From Chlorokybus atmophyticus (taxonomy: Eukaryota; Plantae; Mesostigma and Chlorokybus algae): DNA of 64,000 bases. The notes beneath the pieces were generated by a model that saw only the letters and a program-made list of their open reading frames with translations, searched no databases and was not told the origin of the DNA. The DNA lies in assembly GCA_009103225.1 (NCBI GenBank), contig RHPI01002090.1, positions 1,730,854-1,794,853 of the forward strand, written 5' to 3'. The translations under genes and the position numbers were made by a program. Numbering within the stretch: the stretch's first letter is position 1; the number at the start of each line of letters is the position of its first letter. Positions 10,864 through 23,328 of this stretch are shown here, piece by piece.

Positions 10864-11849
10864 ATAAAGTATATGAATGTTCTGCATCACATATATAACG
10901 CATACATGTCACATATATGCGTTATACGCGACGGCGTTATACGCGGCGGCGGCGGCGGCGGCGTTCTATTCTCCTCTTAGAGGTAAGGCCAGCTACAGCG
11001 GCGGTGGCCGGCCGCAACTAGCTGCCGGGCATCAACTCGTTGGTTGATTGGGTGGGTGCTTTATAGCTGACGCTTGCATGGGCGTGTGTGCTTGTGGCGG
11101 CCTTGTTAAAAAGGCCTACCTCTTTTTGTGTGCGTACGTGCCCGTGCGTTCTCATGTGCGTTGTGCCTGCGTGTGTGCACTCAGTTAAAATACATACTAA
11201 TCTTAGTGTTGACAACAGGGCAGACCTGTACACACCACTATTGCTTAAACCAAATATGAACAAGCTGCAGCGCTGGTCTATGGTGTACGTAATCGTGTGT
11301 TTCGGACTGCTACGACAGACTTGCTGCATTGCAAGTTGATAGCCTGTTGTGTTGTATTCACGCGTGTGCACATGTTGTGGACCTTGACTGCAATGTATAT
11401 TATGTTCAGCTGTATCAATGTTGTAACCTTTCATTGCATATTTGCTATCATGTATTACACGTGTTGCATGCTGCTGACATGGTAGTAAGTCCTTGTAGTT
11501 GATGCTTGATGCCATCTTTGCAATTGCCAGGGTGCATCGCATTATTGTCCATACAGACGCTAGTGAACTGAGCTTGAGAGATGCGACACGCCAGACATCT
11601 GAACAATACAGCTTAGGAAGTAGTGCATCAACTTATCTGATAGAAATGGTGACACTATATGATAGTCAGCCAGTACACCATATCGGACCATGCAATTTGA
11701 TTGTCAACAGCATCAAATCACGCCATGTCAAACATGTCAGATGTTGAGATGTTGCAGACTAATAAACATATCATGGATGCAATAGCAATAGTTTGAAAAG
11801 CGCCATACATATGTAATGGGTGTGGCGCCGAGGCTACAGGCTTGTGCCG

Positions 11850-13358
11850 GTACTCATAGCAGGTGTCGCTCCCTTTCAGGGGTTGCTCATGGCATGAGCC
11901 TCATGCGACAAGCAACCGATATATTTTAGTGCTTTATATTGCGAACATGGCTAGCCAAGGCCTTCGACGTACGGGAGGTTGTAACGGGAGCAATAATACT
12001 AGGGGGTTTATTGCTACTCAGGTGGCACATCTTGTATGAATAAGTATATAAAGTACTTATTTATACCTCTTCCCTACGGTTCCTCGCTTATTAAAGCCGA
12101 TAATACTTTGATATAGCTTTGGTAAGTCCCAATGGGTGGTAGAACCGCCTGTCAAGCCTATTTGGTAACGCATTTCATATATGCGATTGTTATAGTCAGA
12201 TGTGGTACCTTGTCGCTAGGTACCTTATCGATATGTACCTTATCGTTAAGAACTTTATCGTTTGCTATCGGAGTTCTTGTCTCACGTAAGATCTCTTACA
12301 GCAACCCCATCTATAGGGATGATATCTAATTATAAGGATGACATTGAGAGACATGAATGTAATATACCTTTGATAAAATCGGCCCATCAACTGATGGGAC
12401 CTCAATCAGTTTTCTACCCCTTGCAGCGCCCGGCGGTGTGATGCGGCTTGTTTCTAGCGGTGTGGGTATTGGGGTAGAGGATTGAAGGGTTGGCGGAGAC
12501 GCCGGCATCTATTACAGAGGTGGCAGGGGAAGCAGTTCTCTGCATGGTCCACCTTGTTCTTGCTAGAGAGGCTGCGCAGGGTGAAAGTGCCTTGCGCACG
12601 CACTTAGACGACCATATGGACAGTGCTTTAATTGTCCGGGTCTAGGCTGTTGGTGGTCTGCTTTTACGGAAGACCTCTAGATCTGGGGCACGTTGTGCCC
12701 GCTCCGTACGTCTACATAGCAGCGCTTGTCACAATTGCTGAGCGACCTTGAGGTTGGCAAAGGCAATGAGAACGGATGCCTTTAACAGAGCAGCGCGAGC
12801 CATCAGCACCTTTAACATGTGCGTGGGCTTGTCAACAATGTCCTCCACGGCCTCCGCAGCATGGCGGGCGCGCAACGAACGCAGCGGCTCCCTTCAACAT
12901 GAAAAAGTAGAGGCTGAAGTAGCGCAAAGCTGCTTGACGCGTGCACTGGTACCCTAGCGCGAGCCAAGGCAAGTACTCGTCCTATTCATCTTGAGGATGA
13001 GTCAAGCAGCAACGCCGCAAGGCCTTTTGATGGTTTGCACCATGCGCTCGGCAAGGCCGTGAGCTTGGGGGTGATCACTGTTGGTGCGTAGGTGATCGAT
13101 GAGCGCGCGGTTGAGCAAGACATGCAACTCGCCCAGGGAATCCGTGTCTTGGTTAGCGAGGAGCTCTGCGCAGGCACCGAACCTATTGAGGACTCTTCGT
13201 TTTAAGGCAAGCCCCTTAAGCGACACTGCAGTTTTACATATTCTGTCAATTATACATACAATGTGGCGTATGTGTTTACATGTCGCTGCAACTTGCTGGT
13301 GTCGTATAACAAATGCAATGATTGCGGCATGCACGAGAATGTAACACACGCATGACAA
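11850..13358 (-). mobile_element. Decayed gypsy-type integrase remnant of a second family
   Basis: IDHLRTNSDHPQAHGLAERMVQTIKR (integrase core), then LGYQCTRQAALRYFS..., ...NLKVAQQ..., VDHAENCFPCHL|PYVEG across the solo-LTR insertion. Confidence 0.75.
11980..12516 (+). mobile_element. Solo LTR (537 bp) with 5-bp TSD GAGGT
   Basis: Starts TGTAACGG, ends ATTACA; GAGGT at 11975-11979 and 12517-12521; 3' part (GGGGTAGAGGATTGAAGGG) resembles the chromovirus LTR end. Confidence 0.85.
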
Positions 13359-14019
13359 GTGAACTCACCACACCATAAAGCACAGTCACCACCGGGCTGC
13401 TCACCTAGCCACTACCTAACTACCTTCTCTACTGCCCATAACCCATTAGACACGCTTGCATACGTGTGTCATCACCTGCACACAGCCGCTATCATCGATG
13501 GGAGACTGCCACACTCCCCATGCCGCCGCTCGTAAGCCTCCGCCCACCACTGCAGTCCTGCTGCGTTTTAGGTTTTCGTCAATGCCATGCATGCTAGCGT
13601 ATGCATGGCACTCCCTCTGTCGTTGCAGCTGTCTGCCTGCAGCGGTGCGGGTGTACCTAAAGACGTCGATGGTTTATGCTGCACTATACAGAAAGTGCGG
13701 AAGGGGTATGTGCTCGGTAACATGAGTGTCTGGGCCCAGCATTCGTGGCATTCTGTGCGAGAGAGAGGGGGGGGGGGGGGGGGGGGGNGGGGGGGGCATT
13801 CATTGTCTATTTTCACATTGGTATCTATGGTAAGATTATCATGAAAAGCCAACTGCTATGCACTTCCAACCAATGCCTGCTCAGTGGTGATGTAGGCTCA
13901 CACTCGCATCAACCGGACAGCTGCACAAACATTCTACTGCAGACCACTACAGGAAGCAACTACGACCAGGGTACAAGTTGTGCCTTGATGCATGGCTTCT
14001 GGCGCTAACCACACACCAT

Positions 14020-17000
14020 TCACTCAGGCGGGACGAGAATGGAGTAGCCCATCGCAAATGCCATGACAGCAGCCATGGCCATAAACACTGCGATGAGCAG
14101 CTTCCTCAGCCAGGGGGAGCTTGACAGCGCCGGTGCTGGCTTGGCGTGTGCTTCCTGTGCCAGCAGCGGCAACGACACTGCATCTACGGCTGGTGCGGGA
14201 GGGATGTCGCTGTCGCCCGTTTCACCAATGCTGCGCCACAGCAGCGCACCCGGCACAAAGAAGACGAGGAAAACACCCACGATTGCACCCATCACGCATA
14301 TCGCCTGCACGGTTGCATGCACTGTCAGCCTTGCAGAAGTGTGATAAGACAGCTGCTTGTAGTACGCGTACTTGGCCAAGGGAGTGGAATGTAAGAGCAA
14401 AGACAATCGTGCCAGCATACAGTACGAAAGATTGCATCAAGTGGCGGTGTGTCGGCATGAAGCCGTCCACCATCATAGGCCAGCACCTGCACGTCATTTT
14501 GTTCCTGTCTCAACGCATGCCAATCTGCTGGCCTTCAAGCATTGCTTGTTTTGCATTACTTGGTTACGTGGCAGAGCAGATCATCAAGCGCTACGCGCCC
14601 CGGGAAGAGCTTGACTGGGTACGCCAATATTGCCATCTGCACCATGACATGCATGTAGCTGCAACTACCAGGCCTTTGAGAGGTGTTGCTTCCAACTCAC
14701 CAATGCCAAACCGACTCGAGCAATGTTCTCTGGCAACCGGTCATACGGATAGCTCGCCAACACGTTGCTGCTGACGTTTGGGTACCGTACATATGCAAAC
14801 CACCCGAACTGCAACATACACCAACACGTGGACAACCATGCACGTGTAGGTTAGCTGCACAACGTTTCAGTCATGTGTTGAAGTTGTTCTCCGAACTCAT
14901 CCACATTCAAATTCGTATGACAGAAGGCATCATGCATTCACGTACCAACATTGCGAAGGCTGCCAAACCTATTGTTGACATGCGCACAACCGACTCGAAC
15001 GTCGTCAGCGCGGCTCTTTGCGTGCTGTAAGACTCGCAACCAAGCACGTTGCTGCTATACACCAACCGCGCCAGCTCCGAAAATGCTGGTAGCACCTGTT
15101 TTGGTGGTTGGATTGACGAAAGCAGTACAGGCGACGTTGTAATTCGGAGGATGTGTTACCTGTATATGCACGTTGAACACGAAGATTGCAATCGGCAAGC
15201 CTCTGATGGCGGAGAGGTCTGCGTTGAACCACACCAGCTGTGGCATGCCTTCCATCATGAGGGTCTGCACGCCTCTGTAGACAACGAGGACGCCAACGTA
15301 TGCCACAACGATGGGTGACAGCAGGGAGGCAACAAGGGCGGAAAGGTGCAAAGAGCGCAGCAGAGACAGAGGCAGCAATGGCACCGCGGCAGCCAGTACA
15401 GCGAAGCTGACATACAACAGCGTGTCGTATCAGTGCGCAACATACAAGAAACAGATGTGTATCAAAGCCGAGTAGCTGTTGCTGAGCAATTGAGCAACTG
15501 AGCAAGCCTGCCCAATGCGGAGTGCATGTTAATACTCTGCCAGTGATGACGTAAAACAATAGCACTGGTGCAACGTACTTGCGGTTGAAGAGAGGGTTGG
15601 GCCCGAAGACTTCAAACAACAATGGCGGCAACATGTCTCCCAGGATGATGAGGTACGAAGTGCAGACGCCAAACAAGTACACGACCACCACGAAGGACAC
15701 CAGCAGACCAGCATAATGCCCCACCGCAGCCTGCACCAGCTCCTGCATGCATGGATTGCACGTGTGCAGCCAGCATATCAACACCGGTTGTGCCATGAAC
15801 GCATCACATAAAAGGACTGACCTCATATGAATGCGCATCGTACAGTTGGGCATCAACAACCAGCACGTGCGTTGTCAGGCATGTCAGCAAAGCGACTGCA
15901 ATCGTTACGGCAACAGCGCCACCTACACCAATGACCCTGGCCAGGAAGCAAGCTGACTAGGACATCATGTTGTACCACTCTTAGCACAAGCCTGATGGTG
16001 GCGCTGTGCGTGCGCTCACCTGAATATGTAAGGGTAAGACAGTATGCCCAAGCCCACCACCAGCGCCACACCAGTCTCAAAGCGGTGGAAGGCGGTCTGC
16101 GATTACAGGAGGAAAACGGATGTTACCAACTTTGACGAATGACCTTTAGAGATAAGTAGGACTTTGCAAGCATGAAGTTGCTGGGAACCACAATCAACCC
16201 TGCCAGTACTACGCGCCACTGGTCAGCGCACGCGGACACGTGTGCACGCGAGCAGCCCCCCCCCCCNNNNNNNNNNNNNNNNNNNNNNNNNNNNNNNNNN
16301 NNNNNNNNNNNNNNNNNNNNNNNNNNNNNNNNNNNNNNNNNNNNNNNNNNNNNNNNNNNNNNNNNNNNNNNNNNNNNNNNNNNNNNNNNNNNNNNNNNNN
16401 NNNNNNNNNNNNNNNNNNNNNNNNNNNNNNNNNNNNNNNNNCCCCCCCCCCCCCCCCCCCCCCCCTCTCCCCTTCCCGGGCTTCGTACCGTCTCAAGTTG
16501 TTTCGAAAGACACACTTGAATTGAACTAAGTATTATTTCCCTGCCGTCTGACCGGGCTAGCCTCCACACGCACTGTCAGATTGTTGAAGGTCAGATCTCC
16601 TCAACCAACAAGGCTGCTGTGACACATCCACAGCGTCATACTATGCCATGCGCTTGCCAACTTGTTGCAGCACGCTGCACTGTCGGTGGCACAAAATGCT
16701 ATCGTGCATATGCTCTAAGCTAAGTTGATGTACACTGCGCACTGCATGCGCACCCCTGCATGCCATGCAACATGCCGCATGTCCAGCAACTTACAACACA
16801 CGCTTTGAGTTGCTATACGCTGCTGCACAAGCTGCGCCGCACGCGTTGTCTCCTGTGCATGCGTCTATCGAGCTAACAAGCTTTGTCTTGTGGCAGTCTC
16901 GGTCAGCGCAAGACATGCCCGTACGTATGACACACCTTGGCCTACAACATAGGCAAAGCACCTTTGGGTTTGAGGATTGCAAGCAAAACCCGAGCCACCT

Positions 17001-17238
17001 ATGCTAAGCAACAGAGCAAGCCACACACTTAGGCCTTGTTCACAGCCAGCAGCAACAGAAGTACCGTCGTCTGCCGGAAAGATTTCTTCCGAGACATCCT
17101 TGTGGACGTCCTCATGCTGCGCTTGGCGGCGTACAATAGGCGCACACGCTCTTGCTCCGCCTCCGAGCGGTTCTCCTCAGCCTCGAGCACAGGCGTTGCC
17201 GCCGACGGCGGCTCTGTTTGGCTTCCCTGACTCTCCAT
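14020..17238 (-). CDS. Amino-acid transporter, Aa_trans (AAAP/SLC38-like) family, multi-exon
   Basis: Hydrophobic exons: YLFGVCTSYLIILGD, LLPLSLLRSL, AIRGLPIAIFVFNVHIQ, VMGAIVGVFLVFFVPG; start exon MESQGSQTEPP; one intron contains an N gap. Confidence 0.85.
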
Positions 17239-18577
17239 AACAAAACCCTAGCTGACCAGCCAAACAGCAGCGCCACGCCTTTCAAGGCAACGTGCCACCC
17301 CACAGCATCCCAACCACAGCCACCAACGTAGCTCAGTAGCAGCACATCACGCATGCAGAAGACGAGCGAGCAAGCACCATTTCAATGAGGTGAAACGCCG
17401 ACCGTCGTACCAATCAAAGTGCATTGCCAGTGCGTTTGACACTGCTTCAATCACAACTAATGCCAGTCAGCACGCAAGCTTTTTGCCTTGCTGCGGTACT
17501 ACAGGCGTTGCTCGGTGGGAGTGTGAGCAAGGACAGTGCTTGCAGCAAGAGGCTGTGCCATTGGCATTCGAAATAAGAGCCATGAACTCTAAGCTCATCT
17601 GTCAAAAGCATGCTCAACCCAGCATGCAGCCAGGCACAACCGTCGTCCCGCACACCCACCACCTCGCCGCCTCCGCCGCCTGCCAGTTCTGGCCCAAATT
17701 TGGCCCTGACATGCAGGAACTTCCAGATCATCAAAAGGAAGCTCTTTCAGCAATGAAACTGCCGTGTTGTGGGGAAGGCAAACAACTGCCGTTACGACCT
17801 TTCGTCAGGAATCCTGACTGCCTCAGGATTCTTGCAGATTCCGTCCACCGAGCCTCAACGTGCGTGGCAAAACATGAAATGACGCTTGCGTGCAACGGCG
17901 TATTCCAGAACACGCACTGACGACTACCTACCACTCCGTCAGTAACCGTAGCATCAAATGGCGCCGGAGCAGATTGCGCCGCGCTGATTTGAAGGGGCGG
18001 GCGAACGCCCCTTTCAGTCAGGTGACATCCCCTTTCAGTCAGGTGGTGGGTCTGCTAGTGTTTCGTCCCTCCTCGGTCAGAAGCGAGCAGCCGTTCCCAC
18101 GGCGTTTCGCCCAGGGGACGCTGTGCCATCGCTGCTCCACGCTGGGCCGTTTCCGTCGGATACCTGACCGCCTTGCAGCTTGCGTAGGCAATGTGTGCTG
18201 TCAACCGGCAGCGAGTCCGGTCATGGTAGTCGCTCAGTATCAATATGCATTGTATTGTAGGTCCGAAGCATTGCTGAGGTCCGACGCATGCTCAGCACAC
18301 AAAACTGTAGGCCTGGTGACTCACCACTGGAGCCCACCAATTGGTGACTGACGACTGCCGTTCCAGCGAACCCCATTGGCGGGCCGCCACTAGCGAGAGC
18401 CCCGACACGGGTCCGTGCAGACAACGGACATTATGGATGTATTCGCAACATGAGTTGCTTCGACAAGTCAGTTACACCCCAGGCTGGGTGTAACAGCCGA
18501 GCTCCATACACTCTCTGGAGTATCACAACCATAACTGCCATTGTGTCATGGTACCTCCTTGAGTAATACCGTATTTA

Positions 18578-18971
18578 CCGTATTTACCAGTTCGTAATGC
18601 CACCCCTTAAAAAGTAGTATGTTACCTTAACCCCTATAATGAGGGGTTTTTTATTTAAGGGGCACGTTAATTGCAAGGGGGCATCTGTAGTGGATGAAGA
18701 TTGCGCTGACAAATGATATTGATACCCATCGTAATTGTATATGCAAAACGATTATGAGTGGAGTACTATATTGTGCTGAACGTGAAACTTCGTAATAAGA
18801 GGGTATATTATATGTGAAGGGGGTACGGTACAGCCTAACAGTGTGCCCCCTTTGAAAGTTCAAGGGGTATTATATAAGGGGGGAGGGCAAGGGGGGGGGG
18901 GGGGGGNNNNNNNNNNNNNGGGGGGGGGGGGAGGGGGGGGGGGGGGGGTGTCTGTGAACGGGTAAATACAT
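18578..18971. mobile_element. Degenerate MITE with CCGTA-type TIRs
   Basis: TA|CCGTATTTACCAGTTCGTAATGCCACCCC ... GGGGTGTCTGTGAACGGGTAAATACAT|TA; non-coding interior with a small gap. Confidence 0.5.
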
Positions 18972-20987
18972 TATTGCCATTATCGATACATATTTTTATG
19001 TGTATATGCAAAGATGTGTACATGTGTATACGATACATCCATTCCGCCACACACTCAGCCATTATTCAATCATTAATCGAGCAACTAGTTGCACGCAAGT
19101 CATGGCATATGAGTGATGACATAAGCCCTAAACCTCTTTATATATAAATTCGTTTTGATTGATTAAGCACACATAACCTTGTTACATCATGATTACGTGA
19201 AAGTCAACTCATGCATATATTAATGTAAGGTTACACGTTAAGCATGACACAATAATATGCTAATGTCACGCGCTTTGCTAATAAATCTTGCTTATAATAT
19301 ACATTAAATATATACACACTTATAACCATCAATTTATTCCAAATGGACTTCAAATGCGTACGCCGTATATATGCTTTGCACATGAGGGACCGCAGCTTAA
19401 TAAAAACGGTTTAGAACCATAATGATATATTTGCTGCTTATTACATATATAGCTACCGCATCAGTAAGTTAATGCATACAAATTATCCACTCAGCTCATG
19501 AATTTTCACTTGCTGTCTTCACAAACGATTGTAAATCAGAAAAACGGAATGCAATAGTGTGGCTCGCGCACGAGCAGTGTTGGTTTTGGCATAGACATGC
19601 GGCATTATAATATCAGCATAAGATCTGTCCATGCTGTGCCGATGTCATTAAAATTTGCCATGTGGATCAGACCAAATGGCATTGGCAAAGCATGCCATCG
19701 GTATGTCTGAATCATGCAGCAACCCCGTGTACCCACATATAAGAGCAGAGGATTAACTGGAGGCATCCTCAGTAAACTCAACTTTGCTGGCGTCACATGA
19801 CACCTAGCACCACGAGTCTGTGCATAGCTAAAAAACGGCGGCACAGCATGCGCCCGGTGCAAATGTGCCACCTGAATGTGCATTAGAAAAGTACGGCTGT
19901 GTACTGACTGTCGACCGCTGAAGCTGCAAGCAGCCGCGACCACGCAAATGCAAACTCTCACATCAAAGCAGGCCGAACCGGTCTATGTCTGGCCTTGACA
20001 TTTTCGCAGCAGGTCGTATTCCTGAGCCGTGCGTTGAGAATACCAACTTGATATAGCGTATTGGCCGCTTCGTTGGTGTACTATGACTGCTGGTTCGACC
20101 AGTATACATGGTATGACCGGTTCAGCCGAACGACTAAGGGTTGGCTCAGGGTCTCCAGTTACGGTGTCCATGTCACGGAATTGCGGAAGGTCCCCGAGCA
20201 AGTACCAGCGCCCTTGCCACCCTGTGCAAATGGTTGTCCTGGCAGTGGGCCAGTCGCCAACTGCAGTTGAAGCCCTGCTACGGCCTATAACGACACTGTT
20301 GGGTGGCGTCAGCTCTGTCGCTTGCGCCGGTCGCCCTGTGCTGGAAGTCGTTCGAAGGAATCTGTTTGTGGCGGAGATTTATGTGGACAGGAGGTCACAT
20401 CATATTCCCACACATGCAGCAGCAGTCTGTCCCTTCGAAAGGGGCGCCTGCCTCCTGCGACAGACACCCGGTTGCCTCAATCACGTTGGGAACAACAACG
20501 ACAGAAAAACTTTCCTTCCTTTCTTGTCGATTTGACTCTCAGAAAGAAAGATATCATGTGAGGTGAAACCCTCCAATGAGACCAGAGACGGCAGGCTGTC
20601 AACCGCCGGTTTCTGTGCTGGAGTGGCACGCCATGATGGCATCATGCTGTGAGTCACACAGCCTGTGACTCTAGCAGCACCTTGTCCTAGGTTGTCTGTT
20701 TTCTTGTCTGTACACTTTCGAACATTGTTGATCTGCTTTCACATTATTTTTCCGCACCGTCTCTTTTTGTGTCGGATAGCGTAACTTGAATCTCTGATCC
20801 TGTTGCTCGCGAGGACGAGGGTCGAGGGCGTAACCGAGTGACGCCCGCATGCGTTTTAACTCCTCTGTGCGCCGCCCAGTCGCCTGAGTCATTGCCCGAG
20901 TTGCAAGCGACCTGCTGTTGCCCGGCGGCGGTGGCGGCGGCGGCGGCGGGGGAGCTGCCCCTGCCGTCGTCGTCGCGGTGGTGGTGG

Positions 20988-22650
20988 ATGGGGTCTCCGA
21001 CGCTCGGTGATGGTGGCGGAGGAGCTGCGGAGTTAGGTGGCGGCGCCGGCGACGTGGAGGTGCTGGCGACGGTGGTGGGGAGGGGCACGGCGGGCGGCGC
21101 CGGCAGCAAGGCGGAGTACACTATCCCCGTGGAGGTGCTGCAGAGGCACTTCGCTTACACGCTGGATGAGACCGCCAAGCACTTTGGGGTGTGTCGGACG
21201 ACGCTCAAACGCATATGCCGGCAGCATGGCATACCGCGCTGGCCCTGCCGTAAAATCAACAAGGTGAGAGTGACCCTTCAACAAGCTGCGCTGAGCTTCA
21301 GTTACCAGTTGAGCGCAGCTGTGGACTTAATTCTGGGACACGCTCACATACACTCATACGCTTGTTAAGCCAATTGAAAGTCCACACGTCGCTCAAACCA
21401 GCTGTCACACTACAGCATCGTAGCTCATTGCAATGCCATGCCATGCCAGTTGCACACTAAGCATTGGCGGAAAAGCTGCACAGGCAGCTTGCCATGTGTT
21501 ACCGCAGTGCTAAGGTCACGTTTGACACACGCAAGCTACAATGTTGTGTTACCCGTTGAACAACAGGACGAACTGCACGCGTAGTGGCTTGCTGAGGGTC
21601 TTTGGCTAGCTAGGTAGACACAGAGAGGCGACACTGAGGTATATCTATTGCTTCTGTGCTCTTCAGTTGACCAGGTCGCTGAAGAAGCTGCGCGGAGAGA
21701 TGGGCTCGAGTGAAGTGATGGACACAACGGGCACGGTGGATGCGGTGGTGGTGGCGGGTCTGCCCATCTGCCATTACGGTGGCGTGTCGCAGCCGCGGTC
21801 CGCTGATCAAACGTCTCAGCCGTGCACGCCGCCGCTGGTCATCAGCGAGAGCCATCATCACCACTCGCCACACCAGCACCTATCCCCCCCTTCCACACCT
21901 CCCGGCCAGGCCGACTCGGGGAGTGAGCGCTCGTGCGTGCAGCAGTCCGACGGGGTCGAGCTCTGCCGCCCACGCGCGGAGAAAGCCACGGCGCCCTCCC
22001 CTCGCTGCTGGCTTGAAGCTGGAGCAGACAGCAGCGACTGCCGGTTACAGACAGGTGCTTTTTCGCATAGCTTGCTGGAGAGTTGCCTTTTGTTGTGCTT
22101 GAAGCATGTCTTGACTGAGCCTCTTGTCTGCCTTGCAGGTCATGTAATCGCGTCGCAGCCAGCTGCTACGACTAGCCCTCGGCCGTGTCTTCTCAGGGTG
22201 GACACGCAGGCGAGTGCTCCGTCGGCTTTCAGTGCCCCACAGCTACATCAAGCCTTGCCCTCCATGCAGCAGCAGCAGCAGCAGCAGCCAGTATCATTGT
22301 CAAATTACACAAAGCCCCCACCGGAGCACGCATGTGTGCTGTGTGACGAGCGCGCGCGGACGATGGCGGTGGTCCCCTGCGGCCACGTGCTCGTGTGCAC
22401 CGACTGCTCCCCGAGCTACAAGTCCCAGCGCTGCCTCGCGTGCTTTACCGACCGGCAGGAGCTGGTCTTGCTGCAAGACTTGACACCAACGGGTCCCATC
22501 GCGTGCTACTCTTGCCAGGACGAGCGCGCGAACGTGGTTTTCAGACCCTGCGGGCACATGCGACTCTGCAGCAGCTGCGTCCCGCCCAACTGCAAAGGCT
22601 GCCCTTCGTGCGGCCTGAGTGCACAGAGCACCATCCTTGTTCGATATTAG
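20988..22650 (+). CDS. NLP-type RWP-RK transcription factor with two C-terminal RING-HC fingers
   Basis: Exon 20988-21263 ([47 protein letters not shown]), GT at 21264, AG at 21666, in-frame LTRSLKKL; probable 84-nt intron 22055-22138; RINGs CVLC-x11-CGH-x3-CTDC-x8-CLAC and CYSC-x11-CGH-x3-CSSC-x7-CPSC; extra upstream exons possible. Confidence 0.88.
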
Positions 22651-23328
22651 GCTTTGGCCATCAGCAGCCGTTAGCCACTACGTAGCATACTACCATACCG
22701 TAGCACATGCGGCCGGCCACTTTTGGTGGCTAGACTCTTCTCTTCTCTCTCTTTCCACGTGTGTGTGTACAGGTACACTCATCCGATCTATAGCGTAGCC
22801 TGCAGTCAACCCTACTAGTCATATGATATTCAGTTAAGCCCTTTCCCCTTTGGTGCGTTAGTGTACACCAACTTTTGGTGCTGTAAATCTGTACATTGGC
22901 TGCACCTGCAAAAACAATCGCTTTGGTGTTGATGTAGCTGGGCTTGATGTGTTGTGGTGTTGTACAGTATTTCTGCATTGCTTGCCATGTGCTTAGTTGT
23001 ACCAGGAGGCTGACAACGAGAAGAAAAATAAAGGTAGCTTGGTGCAGTATGCGCAGATCGCAAGTACACAAACACGTGCTGAAGGCACAGCCTGAGTAAT
23101 TGGGAAGCTGTATTAAGACACCACAGCTCACAACTGTGTGCTGGGTGCTTAACTGCTAATCCTCATGTGTCTGTAATGGTTGTGCAATTTTGCGATGAGT
23201 TTCTTGCGCTCGACACCATCACACGTGAGAGCTCTTGCGAGGCCAAACAAGTGGATACAAGTGATACGTAGTGAATGGTGTATCTACATCTGGGTGAGAC
23301 GGGTTACGACCTATCTTATTGACCCTCG

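Noticed and set aside
20988-22650. RWP-RK gene as a MID/mating-type determinant
   Set aside because: Domain is NLP-like with a long RING tail; the neighbourhood shows ordinary housekeeping genes
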